NCBI GenBank assembly: GCA_963787835.1
Contig: CAWBEI010000004.1
Span: forward strand, 64,001-128,000
Direction of reading: 5' to 3'
Origin: Ignavibacteriota bacterium
Lineage (GTDB): Bacteria > Bacteroidota > Ignavibacteria > Palsa-1295
Length of the DNA stretch: 64,000 nucleotides
Below the pieces are notes generated by a model that was not told where the DNA came from, ran no database searches, and was given only the letters and a program-made list of their open reading frames with translations. Below are positions 28,353-38,159 of this stretch, one piece after another. The position numbers and the translations under genes were made by a program. Every line of letters begins with the position of its first letter. Position 1 is the first letter of the stretch.

Positions 28353-29159
28353 ATGCATTTTAGCACCGATCAACAAGACGATATTACGATCTTCCGTTTG
28401 CGAGAGGAACGGCTCGATTCCCGGAACGCCGGGCAACTCAAGGCCGAATTCCTTATCCTCGCACAGCCGGATATTCAAACGCTGATCGTCGATCTGAGCG
28501 AAGTCCGCCACGTCGATAGTGCCGGCCTTTCGGCGCTCTTGCTGGCGCAGCGCCAGATGGCCGTGCATGAAGGTGAACTTCGGCTTGCCGGCGTAACCGA
28601 GGAAGTGCTTTCACTGCTGAGAATGACACAATTAGACAGAGTTTTTCGTATTTTTAATACCGTGGAGGATGCCCGCGCGGCGGCTCCGAACTTCCGCGAC
28701 GCATGGGAACGTAAAGCGTGGGAAGAAGAGCATGGTCGCGAAGCACCCTCGACGGATCAGAATTTCAATGGCGGGATCGGCGCCGCGCTTTCACGAGGTT
28801 CGGAGGCGCCCGGCGCCCGGGCTCTGCGAGCAGGCGCTCTTGCCGCCGGTGGTTCCTTAGGAGCCGTAGCTTTAGAACATATTATTATGACAACACCTTT
28901 GGACGACGAATTAGAACTACCCACCTTCCTCGCCCTTGGCGACGAAGAGGATGATGACGACGATGATATCGACGATTTCGATGAGGATTTCGATGACGAT
29001 CTCGATGAAGAGGACGACATCGAAGAGGATGAGGAAGTCGCCGATAAAGATAAGCCAGAAGCCGAAGAAGAAGTGGTGCCCGATGATCTCGACGAGGATT
29101 TCGAAGACGATGATTGGGACGACGAAGAATTAGACGAAGACGAAGAAGACGATTATTAA
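28353..29159 (+). CDS. STAS-domain anti-sigma factor antagonist with a long Asp/Glu-rich C-terminal tail
   Basis: IVDLSEVRHVDSAGLSALL...L..TQLDRVF; the last ~75 aa are mostly D/E. Confidence 0.88.
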   Translation: MHFSTDQQDDITIFRLREERLDSRNAGQLKAEFLILAQPDIQTLIVDLSEVRHVDSAGLSALLLAQRQMAVHEGELRLAGVTEEVLSLLRMTQLDRVFRIFNTVEDARAAAPNFRDAWERKAWEEEHGREAPSTDQNFNGGIGAALSRGSEAPGARALRAGALAAGGSLGAVALEHIIMTTPLDDELELPTFLALGDEEDDDDDDIDDFDEDFDDDLDEEDDIEEDEEVADKDKPEAEEEVVPDDLDEDFEDDDWDDEELDEDEEDDY

Positions 29160-29273
29160 TTCAACGAAGAGTTAGTAATTTAAAATTAAGAGTTGGGGGA
29201 ATTCCGATGCGTTTGAAAAACGAGTCGGTTTTTCCCTCTTTTTGCTTCCGTAACTTTTGCAGGGAATAATGCT

Positions 29274-29642
29274 ATGGAAATCGAACAAGTGTACCGCGTT
29301 GCTTACGATGCATTCACCCATGCGCTCGATCAAAAACTGACGACGCCGGAAACGGATGTATCCATCGCGCCGAAATTCTATCATGGCACGATGGTGCTGA
29401 AGCCGCGCGATCCTTCCATGCAATCGAAGGAAGTGGATCTTGAAGTATTTTTTAAAAAGATCATCTCGCTTCGCAATAATTTGCGCGTTTTGGAGCAGAA
29501 GATCAACAGCAGCGCCCTTGAAGAAGCGGAAAAAATTGAGTTACAAGGTTACATCACCCGTTGCTATGGCAGCCTGACGACCTTTAATGTTCTTTTTCAG
29601 GAACCGGAAGACCGGTTTGTGGGAGCGTCGAAAGAAATGTAA
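29274..29642 (+). CDS. Hypothetical protein
   Basis: 122-aa ORF with typical coding composition (FFKKII.LR.NLRVLEQKIN...YITRCYGSLTTFNVLF). Confidence 0.78.
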   Translation: MEIEQVYRVAYDAFTHALDQKLTTPETDVSIAPKFYHGTMVLKPRDPSMQSKEVDLEVFFKKIISLRNNLRVLEQKINSSALEEAEKIELQGYITRCYGSLTTFNVLFQEPEDRFVGASKEM

Positions 29643-29645
29643 CCT

Positions 29646-30047
29646 TTAATTCACTCCCCAAAGTATATCATGGAGTTGGCGGGGTGATAGAATTTTTATC
29701 GGAGGCTTGACAAGAACAAGTAAGTCTTTATCCCCGGACACAAGTAGATCGGCTTTAGATGCGACAGCGGCAGAAAGAATCGGAACGTCGGTAAGATCCC
29801 GAATGGGGAAATCAAGAGCTTCATAAGTAGTTATAATTTCACAACCGGCTATCAACTGTTCCCTTATCTCGATAAGTTCACGTTTTGTTGCTCCAAGCTT
29901 CGCTTCGAGATTACGTTCAAGCTCTTCGATCACATAGGTTGAAATAACAATGGTGTGGTGAAGGCTGCACTCGCTAAAAATTTTGAGACACAATCCAGGA
30001 TAACCGAATGCGCTGAACAATACATTCGTATCGAAAAAGATCCTCAC
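29646..30047 (-). CDS. PIN-domain putative TA toxin
   Basis: FFDTNVLFSA...E...RD.TD..IL.AA...AD.LVSGDKDLL. Confidence 0.9.
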   Translation of the reverse strand: MRIFFDTNVLFSAFGYPGLCLKIFSECSLHHTIVISTYVIEELERNLEAKLGATKRELIEIREQLIAGCEIITTYEALDFPIRDLTDVPILSAAVASKADLLVSGDKDLLVLVKPPIKILSPRQLHDILWGVN

Positions 30048-30259
30048 GAAACCGCATTGAGGAAATCATCCTCACTCAGGAAGCCTCGTTCTGCTGCTCG
30101 TTTGCTGAGTGAATTGTTCATATCTTCCAGCCAGTCTATAAACAATCGCCGCCGTACCGCATCAGCAGCGATGGCTTCGGGTTGCTGGTGCTCGCGTTGA
30201 GAAAGCTCCAAAAGTCGGCTACTGGTGCGATCATCGAGCTGAATTGTGAGAGTTGTCAT
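30044..30259 (-). CDS. Ribbon-helix-helix/CopG-type putative antitoxin
   Basis: MTTLTIQLDD...GFLSEDDFL; overlaps the PIN gene start (GTGA). Confidence 0.78.
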   Translation of the reverse strand: MTTLTIQLDDRTSSRLLELSQREHQQPEAIAADAVRRRLFIDWLEDMNNSLSKRAAERGFLSEDDFLNAVS

Positions 30260-30295
30260 GATAAAACAACCATTATGATCGTAAAAAAGGTTGCG

Positions 30296-33200
30296 TTACC
30301 GTAATCCTTCCAGCACAACTTCCAACTCCGCTTCGCTCTCGCACAACACTTGTCTCCCTTTCGAGCCATCGAAAGCACCAACGATCGCGGCGGCTTCCAA
30401 TTCATCCATCACGCGCGCCGCGCGGGAATAACCGATCTTTAATCGGCGCTGTAACAAAGAAACGCTCCCTTGCTGGTGGCGCACGACGGTCTTCGCTGCT
30501 TCCTCGAACAATTCATCGCGGTCATCGCCATCATCGATCTCTACTTCATCATCGTCGTCATCACGTCGGAGGGAAGGAAGCGTCCACGGGCGAGAGTAAC
30601 TTAATTTATCTCCATCCTGCATAGCAACGGCGTCGATCATGGCTTCGACTTCATCGGTCGAAATATACGGCGATTGCAAACGTATTGGCTTTGGCGTACC
30701 GCTCGGCTGATAGAGCATGTCTCCATTGCCCATGAGCTGTTCCGCGCCCATAACATCTAGAATAGTTCTCGAATCCACGCGCGTTGCAACCTGATACGCC
30801 ATGCGCGCAGGGAAATTTGCTTTGATAACGCCGGTAATGACATCCACTGAAGGCCGCTGCGTCGCAAGGATCATGTGGATGCCGACGGCGCGGGCCATTT
30901 GCGCAATGCGGCAAATGGGTTCCTCGATCTCACGCGCTGCCGTTATCATCAGATCCGCAAGTTCATCGATGATGACGACAATATACGGCAAATGATAATG
31001 CTGCTCCTCTTGCGTAGAGCGCAGCTTGCCTTGCGCGACTTTGATGTTGTAATCGGCAAGCGACCGCACCGCCGCCTTCGCAAGTTTATCATAGCGCCGT
31101 TCCATTTCAAGTTCGACGGCTTTTAGCGCAAGTACCGCGTAAGCAGGGGTGGTCACGATGTCCTCACCGGCTTCCGGAGAGACGATAAGATAATGCTTGC
31201 GTAACTTTTTGTACAGTGAAAGCTCGATCTTTTTCGGATCGACGATCACGAACTTTACATCCCGTGGCGATTTCGCATAGAGCAAGCTCGCCAGAATGCC
31301 GTTCACTCCGACGGATTTTCCGGAGCCCGTCGCGCCCGCAATAAGCAAATGCGGCATCTTGTTCAGATCATCGACATACACATCGCCGGAGATCGTCATC
31401 CCGAGCGCGAGCGGAAGGTTCATCTTCGTATTGCGGAAGCTATCGCTTTCGAGCAAGGAACGAATACGGACGATCTTGGCCGTGTCGTTCGGGATCTCCA
31501 CGCCAATGGTTCCGCGCCCTGGGATGGGAGCAATGATGCGGATGCCGCGGGCTTTCATGGCAAGCGCGATATCATCCGTGAGATTTTCCACTCGCGAAAC
31601 CTTTACGCCCTCCGCCGGGGTGAATTCATACAGCGTCACGACCGGCCCCGGCGTAACAGTAATGTTTTCGATCTCAACGCCAAAGGTGGCAAGCTTATCT
31701 CGAAGTAAGCGTCCTTTTTTGGCAAGCTCTTCATCGTTGGCATCGAGGGCATCTTTGGGATCCGCAGGCGTGAGAATCTCCAAACTTGGATTGCGATACT
31801 TCGAGAGTATTTCCAAATAGGGATTTTCTGGCACGACGGGTTTCATACCCTCCTCATAGAACAGATCTTCGGCAACTTTCGGGGTTCCCCAATCGGTGGA
31901 TAGCACCACGGGCGGAGGAACCGGAATTTCAGAGGCTACCGAGTGTGGCAGTGCCTCATTAGATAGAACTTTCTCATTACCGAGCAATACCGGCGCAGAT
32001 GAACCGGTTGGTTTTGGCTCGCGCACCATGCGCTTCAATGGCTCGATCACTGCTTCGGAAGTGTCGATATTCTGAATATCTGTCGGTAACGATTCATCTA
32101 CAGTAGGGACGTGCTGTGCATGTCCGTCCCCTGGTGTTTCGTCCTCTGCCGGTCCTACGGAACCAACCTGTGCCACAGGCTCGGCAACAACGGCAGGTTG
32201 CTCCGCTTTCTCCTCATCGGGATCGACCGCCCCATTCGTGAGCCGGCTGAAATGCCGTGAATTAGATCCAAGCTTGTCCTGCCCGTTGCGTGTCAGCCGA
32301 GGAATGCCGGTGCCTTCGTGAAGTTTGGCTGGGCGTACCTTTAAAAGGGGTTGATGCTCAATGCGAGGAGCGGGAACTTCATCAGCAGAAGCAACGGCAA
32401 CGATTGCTGGTTCGGCGATCGGCGTTGGACCTGTGGCAGGGGGCGGTGCTTCGGCGATGAGTGTTGCTTTGGGTTGTACGGGAGCAATCGGCCGAACGCG
32501 ACCCATGTCTGGAACTTGCACGATCGGGGCTACAGCTTCGGCAACTGTCTCAGCTACCGGCGCGGCCATTGGCGTCACTTCTGTTGTATTCGCTATCTCT
32601 GCCGCTTTAGATTCTTCTTCGAGCCGTTCTGCTTCTCGCCGTTCTTCCTTCGCGGCCTCGCGGACGGATTGACGTACTTCACGTTTTTCCCAGAATTCAA
32701 TGATCTTGCGGCGCGACCATGTCACTAACAATTCCCACCATCCTCGGAGACGGGTGAACGTTTTCTCGATATCGAGATCGATCGAGAAGATGAGCATGAC
32801 GATGAACGCTGCCGCATAAATAATGAACGCGCCGGCGCTACCGATAGCGCGGGCGAATGCAAGGCCAAGGAACTGACCTACCGAGCCGGACCATTCGCGC
32901 GGAAGATTCAGGAAATTCGATGCGGTTCCCATCGTCGCGCTGAAGAGGATCGCCGTCAGCAGGAAGAACGTTGTGGCAAGCGTAAGCCGCCGGCGTTGCT
33001 TATAGGTGAAGCGAAAGAACGCAAGCGACCATGCGCCGAAAAAGATCGGGTACAGCACCGCTGCATAGCCGATGGTTTTATTGATGAGGAAATTAGCGAG
33101 CATCGCGCCGATAAGCCCAAGCCGGTTTTTCACCAGATCGGCATTTGCGCGGACGGCATCGCGTACGGGGTCGGGCGCGTCGCCGTGGGGAAGGAAAAGC

Positions 33201-33721
33201 GAGGGTAGGTCACTGATGCGCGTTTCGGAGCGGGAAGCATCGTCCGGAGAATACGTTACAATGGCGATCAGGATGAGTAATGCCGCAACGATACACGCAA
33301 CTCCAAGCATTTGCCGCTGTTTGACCAGCGAATCCGTTTTTTGCTTGGGAGCTTTTAGCGGAAGCGCCATTTGCTCAACTTCTTCTTCCTGAGGAGCCTG
33401 GGATTTCTTTGTTCTTCGCGCCCGCGGTTTGGGAGGTTCATCCACCGGCTGCGTGATGCGTGCCTGACGTTCTGCGGCGGCGGTCTCGCGCGCTTCTTCC
33501 GATAGACGTTTCGGCATCGGACGTGCACGCGGAGTCAGGGTACCGGCTGCATTGGTTTCGAGCGGCTCATCATCTTCTAAAAATGCGACGGAGGGAGATG
33601 CCTGCCGTATAGCTGACCTATCATCCCTCGCTGAACCGTCTTCCTCGGCAAAGCGCGTGACGGAGCCATTCCGCGAAATGCGGATCGGCGGCGTAGGCTC
33701 TCGATCGAAATCTTCCAGCAC
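30296..33721 (-). CDS. ftsK: DNA translocase FtsK
   Basis: 4TM domain, long P/A/E-rich linker, PHLLIAGATGSGKS, DELADLM, ATQRPSVD and gamma domain SLLQRRLKIGYSRAAR. Confidence 0.97.
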   Translation of the reverse strand: MLEDFDREPTPPIRISRNGSVTRFAEEDGSARDDRSAIRQASPSVAFLEDDEPLETNAAGTLTPRARPMPKRLSEEARETAAAERQARITQPVDEPPKPRARRTKKSQAPQEEEVEQMALPLKAPKQKTDSLVKQRQMLGVACIVAALLILIAIVTYSPDDASRSETRISDLPSLFLPHGDAPDPVRDAVRANADLVKNRLGLIGAMLANFLINKTIGYAAVLYPIFFGAWSLAFFRFTYKQRRRLTLATTFFLLTAILFSATMGTASNFLNLPREWSGSVGQFLGLAFARAIGSAGAFIIYAAAFIVMLIFSIDLDIEKTFTRLRGWWELLVTWSRRKIIEFWEKREVRQSVREAAKEERREAERLEEESKAAEIANTTEVTPMAAPVAETVAEAVAPIVQVPDMGRVRPIAPVQPKATLIAEAPPPATGPTPIAEPAIVAVASADEVPAPRIEHQPLLKVRPAKLHEGTGIPRLTRNGQDKLGSNSRHFSRLTNGAVDPDEEKAEQPAVVAEPVAQVGSVGPAEDETPGDGHAQHVPTVDESLPTDIQNIDTSEAVIEPLKRMVREPKPTGSSAPVLLGNEKVLSNEALPHSVASEIPVPPPVVLSTDWGTPKVAEDLFYEEGMKPVVPENPYLEILSKYRNPSLEILTPADPKDALDANDEELAKKGRLLRDKLATFGVEIENITVTPGPVVTLYEFTPAEGVKVSRVENLTDDIALAMKARGIRIIAPIPGRGTIGVEIPNDTAKIVRIRSLLESDSFRNTKMNLPLALGMTISGDVYVDDLNKMPHLLIAGATGSGKSVGVNGILASLLYAKSPRDVKFVIVDPKKIELSLYKKLRKHYLIVSPEAGEDIVTTPAYAVLALKAVELEMERRYDKLAKAAVRSLADYNIKVAQGKLRSTQEEQHYHLPYIVVIIDELADLMITAAREIEEPICRIAQMARAVGIHMILATQRPSVDVITGVIKANFPARMAYQVATRVDSRTILDVMGAEQLMGNGDMLYQPSGTPKPIRLQSPYISTDEVEAMIDAVAMQDGDKLSYSRPWTLPSLRRDDDDDEVEIDDGDDRDELFEEAAKTVVRHQQGSVSLLQRRLKIGYSRAARVMDELEAAAIVGAFDGSKGRQVLCESEAELEVVLEGLR

Positions 33722-33807
33722 GAATAGAATTACGAATTACGAATTTCAAATTACGAATGAGGGCTCCTTGCCCCAATTCTTCATTCTTATTTCTTAATTC
33801 TAAATTG
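33722..33807. repeat. Inverted heptamer-repeat (GAATTAC/AATTCTT) STRR-like hairpin
   Basis: Tandem 7-mers on each side of a GC-rich core; similar to 43017-43090 and 43186-43279. Confidence 0.7.
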
Positions 33808-33850
33808 AACTGTGGGTATAAAGGGAGAAAAGTGGGAAATGGTTTCAGGC

Positions 33851-34075
33851 TTATTCGCTTTTATAGCTCTCAGGAACAAGTAGCAAATAGGGCTGGATTT
33901 TTAGGACTTTACAAATCGCAGCCCATCGTTCTAATGTCAATCCGTCTTCGGCTCTTTCGATTCTCGCTAAGTGATTTGCACCGATTCCGGCCTTGCCTGC
34001 AAGTGCCTCCTGGGTAAGACCCATTTTAAGGCGATAGCCTTTGATATTCTTTGCAATAATGTGCTTTAAATTCAC
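33851..34075 (-). CDS. XRE-family helix-turn-helix regulator
   Basis: NIKGYRLKMGLTQEALA..AGI....LARIER. Confidence 0.9.
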   Translation of the reverse strand: MNLKHIIAKNIKGYRLKMGLTQEALAGKAGIGANHLARIERAEDGLTLERWAAICKVLKIQPYLLLVPESYKSE

Positions 34076-34109
34076 ATCTGCAAATTATCACTGTATTAAA
34101 AAAGACCGT

Positions 34110-34155
34110 TATCAAAAAAATTGATAGTAATACTGATTTTTTCGTCGTATCTTTG
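34110..34155 (+). promoter_or_regulatory. Palindrome TATCAA-N5-TTGATA (34110-34126; candidate XRE operator) and Bacteroidota-type -7 promoter element TATCTTTG (34148-34155)
   Basis: Seen between the divergent XRE and fibre genes; matches TAnnTTTG. Confidence 0.5.
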
Positions 34156-34199
34156 TATTCAGAGCTTCGGTTGAAACTCTTCAAAATGGAAAAATCAAT

Positions 34200-37100
34200 A
34201 TGAAAAAACTCATTTCTTTCGCTTTCTTGTTCTTCGTGCCATATTCACTTCAAGCGCAGCAGATGCCTAACGTGATTTCATATCAAGGAGTAATTCAGAG
34301 CGTTAATGGAGTTCCTGTCCAGGATAGCACTTACCCAGTCACCGTCATAATATGGACGGATGCGGATGCGGGTACACCGATCTGGCAGGACGTTTTCAAC
34401 GCCGAGGTAAGAGGTGGAGTGTTCAATATTCTACTCGGTTCCCATATCCCTCTACCTGCATCATCGGCCATGGATCATCCTCTTTGGATTAGTGTCAGCG
34501 TAGGTGAGTTCTCGGAATCTTCGAGGAGGACGATGCTCTCATCCGTGCCAATGGCAATGAACGTGACCGATAGTGCTATCACCACGAAGAAGCTTGCGGA
34601 TGGAGCCGTTACCTGGAATAAAATGGGAACCGACTATGTACCTTATATTCGGGTGAATGGAGCCAAAGTCAATACAGGCCAGAGCTCGATTAATTTCACC
34701 GGAGGTGATGGCTTGAAAATTGATTATGACTCTACAACGATGAGCGTAATCGTTCGCCCCGATGTGGCCTCCACAGCAGATAATCCCGGTACGGGTAATC
34801 TTGGTAATGGAATGAAGACGCTGACTATTGGCAATTCCTGGGTCGAAGGTGGCAATAGCGACATAGATAGTCCCTCGCCAAGCAAAGATTATCTTGGAAC
34901 CAAAACGAATGATCCAGTCTGGTTCAAAGTCAATACTGCCGGATCATCCGATACTACTGCGGGAACGGTAATGCGATATGTCCCAACATCAGGCGAGCCA
35001 AACATTATCGGTGGGAATGCTTCCAATACAAATACTGGGCATGGGTCTGTCATTGCCGGAGGTGGGTATTCGGGAGCACCGAATACCATTTCCAACGACA
35101 ATGCAACCATTAGTGGTGGATCAAATAATAATGTTATTGGCGAATGGGGTACAATAGGTGGTGGGCAGAATGGGAATGTATACAGCATATATGCTACTGT
35201 TGGAGGGGGAGTTGGAAATACCGCTGGCCATCTTGGTACCGGTCATAGTATGGATCAGCATCAAACAGTTGGCGGAGGTAACACGAATCTTGCACAAGGA
35301 GACGACGCTGTCGTTGCGGGAGGCGAGAATAACTCTGCAACCGGTGGGCACACCGCAATTGGCGGAGGATTCGGCAACACCGACACGGCAACTGGAGGGG
35401 TTGTTTCCGGAGGTGAGAGTAACACTTCTTTTGGAGATCATGCCTCAGTTGTTGGCGGGGATTCTAACACAACTTTGGGAAGCCATTCTGCAGTTTTGGG
35501 TGGCATACACAACTATGTCTCCGGAAAATACTCTTCGGTGTTAGGAGGGCAGTGGCTGGATTTGGGTGATAGCAGCATTGGTTTTAATGCAGCAATTATG
35601 GGGACCTCCCTCCTTAACCTTACGGCTTTTCAAAATGTTGGGTACTTCGGAAACATCGATTTATGGATTGGGAACATGAATGATGCCGCGAGAGAACTCC
35701 GGTTCTATGGGCCTAACCACGATCTTCATTACGCTACTTCTATGTACAGTGCCTTCAAGGCGGGTGTTCAAACCGATAGTATCGTGTACACACTCCCAAC
35801 GACAGCTCCGACAGCGGGCCAGCTGCTTGAAGCTTATTCCGTAAGTAGTGGTACAAACGTAGCGCTAAGTTGGGTGACTGGGGGTGGCGGATCGGCAGGA
35901 TGGCTCTTGACTGGCAATGCTGGAACAAATTCAGGAACGAACTATCTCGGCACGAACGATACGGCGGCATTCGAAATTCACTTAGATAATTTGGATCCAG
36001 CGACAGGCGGCAACCACCGTGTAATGAAATACTCTCAAGGCATCATCTCTCCGAATTTACTCGGAGGGTCACGTTACAATTCTATTGCACCTGGGCTAAG
36101 TGGAAATGCAATCATGGGAGGCGGGGATAGCGCCATGCCGAATATGATCATGCAAGCCACAAGCACTTTTGGATACCCGCTCCCTGCTAATCTGAATTTC
36201 ATCGGAGGAGGCGAAGGGAACGTTACATGGTCGGAGCATGATGTAATTGGCGGGGGCCGTGGTAATATGATGATGGCAGATACTTTTAGGTCAGGTTATA
36301 ATTTTATCGGAGGCGGGGACTCCAACTTCGTAGGTTGGGGATGCTATGATAATGTCATAGGGGGCGGCAGGTTTGATACCCTCGCCTCCTCCTACGGCGT
36401 CATTAGCGGAGGAGAGCTGAACCTCATCAACGGCCCTTCTACACTGGATTTCATCGGAGGCGGCATAGGGAATGACATCGGCGGAGTCATTTCGGTAAAT
36501 GGAAACGCGAACTATTCTGCGATAGTTGGTGGGGATTCGAACACCATTATGCAGTACGCTTCATATTCGTCAATTGTTGGAGGGTCACATAACGTGATTG
36601 ATTCGGCTGCATCATATAATTTCCTCGGTTCTGGCTTCAGAAATCACATTGACGTTGGTTCCGACACCTCGGCGCTTGTCGGCGGAGCCAACAACTATAT
36701 TGGTAGTGGCATGTATAGTTTCCTCGGCGCAGGTGCAAATGATACGATCAAATCATCCAATGCCTTCCTTGGTGGCGGACAGAACAACGCAGTCGAATCT
36801 TCATCAGATCATTCTGTGCTTTCAGGCGGGCAGAGCAATACCATCAAATCCGATCATGGAACCATCTCTGGTGGATCGCTAAACAACATCGGTTCGTCTG
36901 CTTCTTTCTCGACCGTCTCGGGTGGTGACAGTAACAGGGTTCTGGCCAACTTCAGCAATGTCAGTGGTGGGTATGGTAATACGATAGCCAATAATCTATA
37001 CGGCCTATCGTCGATCGGCGGAGGTCAGAATAATTACGTGGACACGTCCGCCTATCTGTCAACTATTGGCGGTGGGGCATTCAACTTCGTACTTTCTTAT

Positions 37101-38114
37101 TGGTCAACGATTGGTGGCGGAGAGCTGAACCTGATCGACCGGCTGGCACCCGCATCCACTATAGGTGGAGGTCAGATCAATAAAGCGTTCGCTAACTACA
37201 GCACCATTGGCGGTGGTTTTTACAACCTGATAGAACGCCAAACTTTAAGTTGGTGCGACTTGACTTGGAAAGAACCGACCGGGACGATTGCAGGGGGCGC
37301 ACAGGACACCATCGGTCCACTTGACACTCGATGGGTTACAAATGACTCATTATTGCTTCCCCCGAACTATTCTTCCCCTGTCATGGCTTCAATTGGAGGC
37401 GGCTATAAAAATACCGTTAACGGATCGTATGGATCAGTAGGCGGAGGCTACATCAATCATGCGCTTGGTATGGGCGCTACGGTTCCAGGGGGAATCGGAC
37501 TCGAAGCGACCGATTTGCAAACTGCCGTGGGGCGATATAATAAAAACACCGTATATAATCTTGGATACCTGCTGGGAGCACATCCAGATACAATACCCAG
37601 CCTCGGAAATGCTATTACTTTTATGGTTGGTAATGGCACGGATACGGGGCATCGTTCCAACGCCTTTACCGTCTCCGATGTTGGGTACTCTACCGCTTAC
37701 GATACCCTCAGTTCCGGCGGTGCGCAAACTCCACCTCCTCTTAGTACAGGACCAACCGTGATGGGCTCCACATATTTGCATAACACCATCATCGCATGGG
37801 GGAATGCAATTCCGGGCGCTCCTGCTGATAAAGACTCAGCGGACATGGGAGTTGCCAGTATCCAGTGGGTTCCGGCAGACACTCAATACGTGGTTACACT
37901 CAATGTTAACGACCCGAATGGATTGCCTCATCACTTTACACAAGGCCATTCTTCCGTGGTTGCTTCAATCAATCAGGGATTGTCGGGAACACCCGGGATT
38001 ATTGCAGTGACTTCTGTCGATGCCTCCAGTACGTTTCGTGTGACAACATGGCCAGCGGGCAGCACACATCCAACTGATACGTTTGGTTTTATGTTTCAAG
38101 TTGTGGCAAGATGA
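34200..38114 (+). CDS. Large secreted fibre/adhesin-like protein with many [ST]-[IV]-[GS]-G-G-x-x-N beta-roll repeats
   Basis: Signal peptide, ISYQG N-terminal domain, W.L.GN.GT...YLGT motifs and dozens of ~14-aa GG repeats. Confidence 0.8.
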   Translation: MKKLISFAFLFFVPYSLQAQQMPNVISYQGVIQSVNGVPVQDSTYPVTVIIWTDADAGTPIWQDVFNAEVRGGVFNILLGSHIPLPASSAMDHPLWISVSVGEFSESSRRTMLSSVPMAMNVTDSAITTKKLADGAVTWNKMGTDYVPYIRVNGAKVNTGQSSINFTGGDGLKIDYDSTTMSVIVRPDVASTADNPGTGNLGNGMKTLTIGNSWVEGGNSDIDSPSPSKDYLGTKTNDPVWFKVNTAGSSDTTAGTVMRYVPTSGEPNIIGGNASNTNTGHGSVIAGGGYSGAPNTISNDNATISGGSNNNVIGEWGTIGGGQNGNVYSIYATVGGGVGNTAGHLGTGHSMDQHQTVGGGNTNLAQGDDAVVAGGENNSATGGHTAIGGGFGNTDTATGGVVSGGESNTSFGDHASVVGGDSNTTLGSHSAVLGGIHNYVSGKYSSVLGGQWLDLGDSSIGFNAAIMGTSLLNLTAFQNVGYFGNIDLWIGNMNDAARELRFYGPNHDLHYATSMYSAFKAGVQTDSIVYTLPTTAPTAGQLLEAYSVSSGTNVALSWVTGGGGSAGWLLTGNAGTNSGTNYLGTNDTAAFEIHLDNLDPATGGNHRVMKYSQGIISPNLLGGSRYNSIAPGLSGNAIMGGGDSAMPNMIMQATSTFGYPLPANLNFIGGGEGNVTWSEHDVIGGGRGNMMMADTFRSGYNFIGGGDSNFVGWGCYDNVIGGGRFDTLASSYGVISGGELNLINGPSTLDFIGGGIGNDIGGVISVNGNANYSAIVGGDSNTIMQYASYSSIVGGSHNVIDSAASYNFLGSGFRNHIDVGSDTSALVGGANNYIGSGMYSFLGAGANDTIKSSNAFLGGGQNNAVESSSDHSVLSGGQSNTIKSDHGTISGGSLNNIGSSASFSTVSGGDSNRVLANFSNVSGGYGNTIANNLYGLSSIGGGQNNYVDTSAYLSTIGGGAFNFVLSYWSTIGGGELNLIDRLAPASTIGGGQINKAFANYSTIGGGFYNLIERQTLSWCDLTWKEPTGTIAGGAQDTIGPLDTRWVTNDSLLLPPNYSSPVMASIGGGYKNTVNGSYGSVGGGYINHALGMGATVPGGIGLEATDLQTAVGRYNKNTVYNLGYLLGAHPDTIPSLGNAITFMVGNGTDTGHRSNAFTVSDVGYSTAYDTLSSGGAQTPPPLSTGPTVMGSTYLHNTIIAWGNAIPGAPADKDSADMGVASIQWVPADTQYVVTLNVNDPNGLPHHFTQGHSSVVASINQGLSGTPGIIAVTSVDASSTFRVTTWPAGSTHPTDTFGFMFQVVAR

Positions 38115-38159
38115 TCATTGCGTGAGACCCGGTGAATTTCCGGGCCTCATAAATTCGAC

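Noticed and set aside
34200-38114. Prophage tail-fibre region
   Set aside because: The protein has a Sec signal peptide, and no capsid, terminase, portal or integrase genes are nearby.
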